NCBI GenBank assembly: GCA_947171615.1
Contig: CAMVYG010000001.1
Span: 1 to 63,326, forward strand
DNA from: an uncultured Clostridia bacterium
Lineage (GTDB): Bacteria > Bacillota > Clostridia > Oscillospirales > Acutalibacteraceae
Direction: 5' to 3'
DNA length: 63,326 bases
Shown here: one piece after another, positions 32,001 to 41,000 of the stretch
How positions within the stretch are numbered: the stretch's first letter is position 1
Layout of the letters: every line of letters begins with the position of its first letter
Program-made: the position numbers and the translations under genes
The notes under the pieces: generated by a model
Seen by the model: only the letters and a program-made list of their open reading frames with translations
Told to the model about the DNA's origin: nothing
Databases searched by the model: none

Positions 32001-35000
32001 GTGCTGCCTGTTACCTCAATGCGGTCCAGCACACGCTTTCCGCCTACCCGCAGTGTCTTTGTGGTACTCTTATCACCCAGTACCAGCGTAACGGTAACAG
32101 ATGCCGCGCCCTTCTTGGGCGTAATTCTGCCTTCCGCGTCAATGACGGTTCCTCCGTCATTTTCACAGCTCCACACAGGGCGGTCGGTAAAGCTCATGGG
32201 CTCTCCGAACTGATCCAGCATCTGAGCAGTGAGCTGGGTGGTTTTTTCGCCTTCGATCTCATCTTCCTTAATATTGGCGCGGCTTTCCTGGGGAATGCCG
32301 TGCACCAGGTCGATGATATATTCTCCTTCCACACCGGAAAGCAGATCTACCGCTACAACCCGCACCTGAGTCTTCTCCGGAGCGTCGCTGGTTACGGTAA
32401 ACAGGCCTCCCTGGGTAATGGAAATACCTTCGGGCGCATTATCCAGATACCAGCCGAACTTACCCTCTGTTTCAGAGCCGTACTGGTCATAGGAGGTCGC
32501 GGTGAACTGATAGGTATTGTTCTTCGCGATCTCTCCGTCATAGGAAGGCACAGAAACCACTCTGCCGTCAGGATCCTTGGTGATCTCCACCCTGGCAGTG
32601 TGAGGATCGCCGCCAATGACGATGCGCTTGGTTCTGGACATGGTGCCGGATGCAGACACACGCACATACACGGCCTGTACATCCTTCGTCAGAGTCAGCA
32701 AGCCGCCGTGAGGCGTGATGGAAACTTCATTCAGCAGAGACTCCGGCTCGGTCTGAGGCACATACCATTCGCTGACACCCTTATAATCGATAGGCGTTTC
32801 ATACTGGTCAAAGTAGTCCGCATGAAGCTGAACCACCTCTGTGCCGTAGGGCAGGGAGTTCTCCCGCACCTCGATATTTTTGAGTTCGCTGGGACTGCGG
32901 TCCAGAATCTGAATGGTTCTGCCGCTTATCTTATTCTGCTTCCCGTCATTCAGCTCAGTGGCAACTATCTGAATGCTTCCGGGAGCGGTATTGGGGGCTA
33001 CAGACAGCTGATTCTGCGCCGCGCCGGCCGCATCAGGGAAGGTTACGCCCTTGGGCGCACCACGCAGCTCCCAGTTGACCTGCAGGCCCTGCATGGGCTG
33101 CAAATACTGATCGATACCGACAGCGGTATAGTCCGCGTGAGCCGAGGGCTGGTTGCCATAGGGAATATACAGAATTCCAAACCCGTCAGTACGAGTCACT
33201 TTGATTTCCCGCAGTTCAGGGGCTTCATCACTGAGAGGGATCTCCTTTGTGGCTACAGGAGACATCGTACCTACCGTAACCTTGGCCTGCACCTTAACTG
33301 TATTCAGACTTGCCTTAAAGTGCAGCGTACCGGATTCGGGAGAGGCAAAGTAGGTATCTCCATCAGCCCCATCGGGCAATGTCCACTCTACCTTGTCATA
33401 GCCCGCCATTTCCTCACCGTACTGGTCCAGCGCCACCGCGGTAAGAGTAAAGGGATTCTGGGCCCTGGGAATATAGTCGTTCTTAATGGCAGCGGAGGTA
33501 AACTCCGGGGATGCCCGCTTGATCACCAGGGTAGCCGTACCGGACTTGCCGGACTCCTTCTCTCTGGCAATTACACGCACTTCCTCGCTGTAAGCAGCGG
33601 AGCTTACACTTACTACGCCGTTCTGGTCAATAGACACGCCGCCGGTGGAGCTTTCCACCTCCCAGGTCACTTCACGGCCGGTCATTTCATCGCCGTACTG
33701 GTTATACACGTGAGCCTGATAGGAGGCGGTCTCCTTTTGAGCGCTTGCCTTGGGAGGCACCACTATCGCGCCGGTAGCGCCGGTGCGGGCGATCTCCACC
33801 TTGGCAACATACTCATCCTTGTCGGTTCTCTGCAGCAGCACCTCTCCTGTGGAAACGCCGCGGCAGGTTGCCTCCACCACGACCCAGGTGGTGGTGGGAT
33901 CCAGCGGCTCCAGAGTAGCGGTGTAGCCATCGCTGTTATTTTTGATCCCGGTCATGTAGCCATCGTGCTTTACCAGCTTCCAGGAAACAGAACCCTGACG
34001 GGACATTTCCTTCTTGTACTGATCCAGCCATACCGGCTCCAAAACCATGCTCTGCTTATCATTGGGCAGGGCCTTCTGCTTGACCTCCAAATAGGTAAAC
34101 ACAGAGGGATCCCGGATAATATCGACTTCATAAGTGCCATAAACGCCGGTATCGCTGTCAGTGGCGTATACGGTCATCTTCATTTCGGGCGCACCGCTTC
34201 TTACGGTCAGAATACCCGTCTGGGAAATGCTGATCGCAGAGTCCTTGTCCCCCAGGCTCCAAATCAGATGGGTGTCTATTTCCGCGCCGTACTGATCGTA
34301 GCCCTGGGCGGTAAACGCCTTTGTTGAGGGAGAATCGCTGTTGGCGATATCGGGCACCCGCACACCGCCTACCGGATGGGGGGTCACCACGATCTTTGAC
34401 AGATATCTCTCTGTTCCCAGGGTGATATCCGCTTCGTCCGTCAGGGGCACGGCTGTGCCCGCGTCAGGCAGCACACTGACCTTTACATGAGCAGAGGTTG
34501 CGCTGACAAAGACGATCTCCGCGTTCTGGTTCTCCTGCTTCGTCAGGATCACGCCGGGAGTGGTAGTTTCCCAAGTGGCTGCCGCGGTAGAAGGACGGTT
34601 CATTTCACCGCCGAACTGATCCAGATACCGCAGGGTCAGAATGCCCTTCTGTTCGCCGGCAGGGAAACCGCTTTCCACAATTTCCACACCACTCAGCCTG
34701 GCCGCTTCCCGAACTACCGCAAACTCATGGTAGCCGGAAGCTTCCGTCTGGGCATCGTCCACCCAGCAGGTGGCAACCACACGAACATCGGGAATTTCTT
34801 CCGCCGTGGCCGGGACAGTTACTGTTCCGGTGGCAGGATCGATCACGGTGCCCACGGGAGCGTTTTGTACGCTCCAGCGAATCTGCACCTTGCCGTTTGC
34901 CAGATCCTCCGGGGTATATGCCTCGGAATACTGGTCATATACGGTAGCGGTAAAGGAGATCTGCTGGGCGTCCTTACCATTGACGCGCACAGGCACAGAG

Positions 35001-38000
35001 CTTCCTTCCGCCAGCTTTACTTCCACAGAAGTGGGCATCTTGGGATCGGAGGAAACCGGAATCGTCACATCGCCGGATTTGATCTTGGCAGCCTCTACCT
35101 GTACAGTCAGGCTGGTGGTATCAAACTTGCCGCCGAAGGTCACAAAACCGCCCTGAGATACCTCAACCGCGGTATCCGCCGGCTGAGCATCCCGCTTCTC
35201 CCACACCTCATGGCCTCTGGGGAAGGTTTCTCTGCCGTATTGATCGTAATAAACAGCCTCCAGCTGTACATTCTGGCGGGGCAGCAGCTTCTTCTGACGG
35301 ACGCCGATGGAAGAGAAGACAGACTCCTCTTTTGTCAGCATCAGCTCTACCGTGCCGAAAATGCCGGTGCTTCCATCTACCGCCGTGATGATGGCCTTGC
35401 CTTCCTCAGCAGAACTGCTCACGGTAAGCACACCGTATTCATTGATGGAAAGACCCTTGGAGGAAGCTCCGGAAACCAGCCACTTCACATTATTCAAAGG
35501 CGTGCCGTCATGAATATCAAGTCCATACTGATCGATCCCGTAGGCTTCATAGCTTACGGAGATCTGCTTATCCTGCCCATCGGTCTGCGCGGGGATCGCA
35601 ACAGGGCCATCGCCCACCGCACGGCGCACAACGATCTTCTTCAAAACGGAGGGATCTCCGCCTACTTTCAGAATATCGTGGGTACTCAAGCCTATGAGGC
35701 CCAGATTCTCCGGATCGCTGCCCGTATAATCAACGGTTACGCCAACTTCATTTTCACCCGCGGCAAACCGAATACGGGATGTGCCGTCTGCTCCCCTGGT
35801 AATGGTTGCCTTCTTACCGGCATCCTTTGTCCAGGTAAAGTCCCCAGGGGTGGTGGGGATCTCTATATGGAACTGGTCATAAACAGCAGCTTCCAGCCGA
35901 TATTCCCCTGTACTGCTGGGGAAATTCGTATTATAAATTTCCAGGCTGTGCGCTTTAAAGGCATCGCCTGTTCTGGTAATATCAATAAATGTCTTACCCA
36001 CGATTCCGGTGGTGTAATCCTTTGCCAAAACAGCAACATCCTGCTTCTTTTCCGCATAGATGCTGGCGATTAAGGAACCGGTCTGGTCGATGGTGACGCC
36101 CTCAGGCGCGCCTACCAGGCTCCACACGACACCGTCCAGAACGCTTTGATCCATCTTTTTATCGTACTGGTCGTAAGGAGTTGCTGTAAACTTTACGGCG
36201 CCGGAACCCGCGTTTACACTGTTGGTCTTACCCTCTACCTTAATAGTGGTAAGCTGGCTCTCCCCAGCCTGATACAGATAAATAGGACCATAGGTCTTAT
36301 TATCCACCGTGATGGTAATCCCTACATCCTTCGCGGTGCTGGAATAGATCAGCAGGTTACGGGGATCTGACGGAAGAAGGCTGAATTCCGCCGTAGCCTT
36401 TTCAGGCTGAACGCTTACAACGTTCCAGAGAATCTCCTCCGGCCTGTATTCCATTTCCCTGCCGTACTGATCCAGATAAACAGGATGCAGCTCCAGCTGG
36501 GCGCTTTGCTCACTGCCCTTTGCGGGCGGCAGGAAACGCTCACGGGTCGTCACATTAGTTAAAACGCTTTCCTCCCGCTCTGACAGAATGCTGAAGGAAG
36601 TGGATCCGCTGACGCCGCTGCTGCGGTCTACCGCAGTCAGAAGCATTGTTTGCTCCAGGGCGGAAGCCGCTTTACTGGAAACGCTCACCGTTCCCTTATT
36701 CACCGTTTTTCCATCGATGACCACAGTTTCGCCTGTTACGGTAACTCCCTCAATAGACTTTTCAAAGTTCCAGTTAAACAGTCTGCCATCAATCTCTTTA
36801 TCATATTGATCGTATACGCGGGCGATGTATTCCACCTTGGCGTCGCTGCTGCCAAACCGGGGAACATGTACGGGGATCTCGCCGTTATATTTCACGATCT
36901 CCACCCGTTTAGCCTTGGGAGCGTCTCTGCCAATGGTAATGGTTTCCGTAATAGGAGCCACATTCTTTACCGCGTCGCCTACCGGCGTAATAGTCACGGT
37001 AATTTCGGTGGTAGTATCGCCCATCACCAGAACACCCTCAGAGGAAACGGTAGCTTTTCCCGCCGTGGAATCCGCTTCTTTGGAGGACACCAGCTGCCAG
37101 GTGGCAGAAGCGCCCTCTATTTCAACGGTATCGTGATACTGGTCAAAAAATTCATATTCCAGCTGTACCGGAAGAGTGGTTGCCGCCATAGAATTAGGCG
37201 TTTTCATGCGAATACCGATCAGGGTCGGCTCTTCCCGCACAATTTTGGCCACGCCAGTGGCCACCACCACCGGTTGACTCTGCGCCGCGTTATCTGTAGC
37301 GGCCTTTACAGTCACATTGCCTGCCGGGGTAGTGCTCCATATGCTCAAGGTAGCGCTGGGATCCAGAGCGGGGTTTTGTTTTGCCGCAATGGTAATATTC
37401 TGGTCGGGAGTATCTACAATACTCCAGGTCAGCTTATTCGTCCCTGTGAAATCCTTGAATTCCGCGCCGTACTGATCTCTGGCAAAGGGGCGAACCTCTG
37501 TCTGAGTGACTTGGGAAACTCCATCCTTATAGGGATTGGCCATCAGGGGAGAGTCCTTCACTGTCAGGAACAGCTGATCCACATAGGGCTTCTCGCCGCT
37601 TACCTCGATCTTACTTTCTTTGGACTTTATCTCAGGATGATTTGCCGATTCCACAGTCACATAGAACCACTGTGCAAACTGGTTATACTTGACTGCTCCG
37701 GCGCCTGTCAGGCTGACGGTATCACCGTTACACCAGCCGAAGCCCTCACCCTCGCCCTTGTTCCACACAAGAGCGTCCGTAGGCTGCATAGGCAGACCAT
37801 ACTGGTTCAGATATTCCGCCTTCAAATAGGCAACGTTCTCTTCCTTTTCAGGATCCTTATAAACCTTCTTGGTCTTTATCTTCAAGCTTGTAAGCACATC
37901 GGGCTCATAGCCTACGGAGAAGACAGCAGAAGCGTTCAGCCAGCTGCCGTCCGTCTTAGGCGCTGTTGCAAGAATCGTTGTGGCGGCGCTGGGATTCGTT

Positions 38001-41000
38001 ACGGAGTTGATGCGCACCACACCGCTCTGCGTATAAGACAGGCCCACAGGCTCATTCTGCATAGACCACTGTACGCCAGTGGGAGTTCCCATGGAATCTC
38101 CGAACTGATCGTAACCGACAGCGCGGTATACGGAAAGACGTTCCACATTGGATCCGTCTGCCCCCACCGGCGGGATATACATATGCAGCCCGCCAAGAAC
38201 ATTGCGGACTTCCATGCTGGTCAGCACAGACTCGTCTCCGCTGATCGTCAGGGGCTGGCTTACCGTGATCTGAGAACCGCTGTACTCCGCAGTCAGGCTC
38301 ACATTGACTGTGCCTTCCGTTACGCTGCCCGGCACAGAAATCTGGTTGTCGTTGACAATTTCAACACCAGCCGGAGCGTCTTCCAGACTCCAGGTAAGCT
38401 TTACCGCATCAGAATCCAGAAGCTCTGTGCCAAATTTATCATACACTCTGGCATTGAGCATAGTGGTGTCGCCGGGACGCAGTCTGCGATTTGTGATCTC
38501 CGCTTTGCCCAGGGTGCGTTTACCCTCGGCAGCATGAACGATCTTGACATCCTTGATGCCTACCAGATCCGTGATGTTGCCCTGCTTGTCTCTATAGGTT
38601 ACCTTGAGGCGAACCGTTCCCTCCGGTACCTGCTGATTCAAAACAATATCTCCGAACTGATTCTGCTTGTCGTTTTTCCCCTCTCCGTCCCGGGTAGTCA
38701 GGCTTGCCCCTTCCATACCGGGGGCAGAGAATTCCCATTCGATCCGATCCACATAGGTTCTCAGACCCAGGGCCTTTCCGAACTGATTCTTCAAAGCTAC
38801 CGTATACTGCTCAGAGGTAAAGGGATAGGATGTATTGTGCTGCAGTGTAATGGTATCGGGTCCCTGGATATCCAGATACGCCGGTATCTTCAGCAGATCA
38901 TCCGTACCATCCTCCAGGGCATAAAGCCGTTTGGTGCAGGAAACTTTGTCTTCGGAGCTCGCCATCAGGTTGGAATGTACGCTTACTTTGATGTCGTAAT
39001 ATGTACCGCCCTTATTGGGCTTTACACTTCCGGAAGCCTGCCGAAGAGTCCACTCCGCTGTTCCGGCGCTTTTCACCGGCTCATACGTGATCGTGTGCTG
39101 CTCGTCCGCGCGCTTTTCATAGGCCTTGCCGTACTGGTCATAGTACAGCAGGGAAAGGGGCGTATAGTCACCTGTTGGTACAACAGACTGAGCAATATCC
39201 ACGCTGGCCAAATGCGGCTGTTTGCTTACGTCATATTCGGCAAACAGCTTTGCCGTGCCATATACACCGGAATTTTTTTCGATAGCCACCACGGTATAGG
39301 TGCCTGCCTCGGCAAGGCTGCTTACGGTCACGAGACCGGTCTTATCAATGGAAACACCGGTATGCTCGCCTAAAATGTCCCATACGATGGTTTCGTCACC
39401 GATATCCAGCCCACTGGCATCCCGAACCTTTGCCTTGAACTGTACCGTAGGCTCATCCTCTCCGATTTCCGGAATTTTCACTGTAGTTTCGTCATCGGTG
39501 GTTACGGTAACAGATGCCGCTTCACCGGCATCTACAACCTTCAGCTCTGTAAGTTCACTGGGAACCGGCTCATCGGACGCGCCCTGCACAGAAGCCTCAA
39601 ACTGCACCTTCACGCTCTTCGCGCCGGCAAAGGTAGTGACCTTTCCGAGATTTTCATCAAAAGACGCATAGATGGTGCCGTCCAGCTTTGAAACGGGATC
39701 TGTTTCAAATTTGTCCTTGAGCCACTTGATCGTCAGTCTGTTATTGGGGATCTGAGCGCCATACTGATCATAGCATATGGTTTCCAAAACGGTGGAGCCC
39801 ATGCTTCTCACCGCTTCATTTATCACCAATGCTCTGGCAACCTTACTGCTGTCCTTTGTCAAAGTAACGGGACGGCTGCCCTTCGCATTGCCGGAAACCG
39901 CTTCCAAATTCAGCTTTCCGGCTGCCGCTTCGGAAGTGATAACAAAGCTCAGGCTCTGCTCAGTTCTCTTTTCATTCAACTCACCCGGCACCAGCTCCAC
40001 TCCGGTATACTGCCCTCTTTCAGGAGTATACTTCATGGCTTCGCCGTCTTTCAGGCTCCAGGGAGCTCCGTACTGATCATAGAACTTGGCCGTTACCGGC
40101 GTTCTCAATTCACCGCTTTTTCCGTCTTCTCCCACTTCGGGCACAACGAAGGAAGCCTCTTCCATCTCTAAAGAAATGGAGGCCAACGCGCGGGCTCCGC
40201 CATATTTCAGGGTACCGTCCGCATAGTCGCCCGTTATCCCGTTGTAAGTGGGAGTGACTCTCACGTACACTTCAGGATAATCATCGGGACTGGCGGGCTT
40301 ATTTACAGTTAAAATGCCATCTTCCGTGACGGTATACTTTCCGGCCGCTTCCTCCACATGCGCGGGATCCACTTCCCATTTCACAGACAGCTTGGCGCGA
40401 TCCTCTTCCGACATGGTGTAATCCGCGCCATATTGATCCACCGTGGCAAATTGCAGCTGGAACGGAATTTCCTCCGTGTCATCGGGATAGCTGTTGCTTG
40501 TGACGCGTACCCCATTAAAGTTAGAGGTACCCTTTGTGACCGTCAGGGTATCGACAGCCTCGTCGATCTTTCCTTCCGGATCGACGCTTACCGAAATGCT
40601 TACCTCTTTTGCCGTACATTTGTTGGTAATGGACAGGGTATTGCGGTAGGGCTTATCCTTGTCCGGAGGAGACGGAGGAATCGTCACCTGGTCGTCGCCG
40701 TTATCGGAACCCTTTCCCCACTGATACAGCGCGGGATCCTTCAGTTCCGTATGTTCCTCCGGAGAGAGCTCTACACCGTACTGATCGTAAAATTTTACCT
40801 CATAATACGTTCTTGCAGGAACCGATACGCCGCCGATGGTAATGGGCAGCGGGAAGGTTCCTGAGGTATCTTCATTTTTATAGCTTTGGTCGGTATAACG
40901 AACCAGCTCGATCTTTGCCAGCTTGGAATCTGCCTTCTGCAGGTTGGCTGTATATTCCCCAAGCTTGTCCTGAGAATCATCAGTAATGCCATTGGGCCGG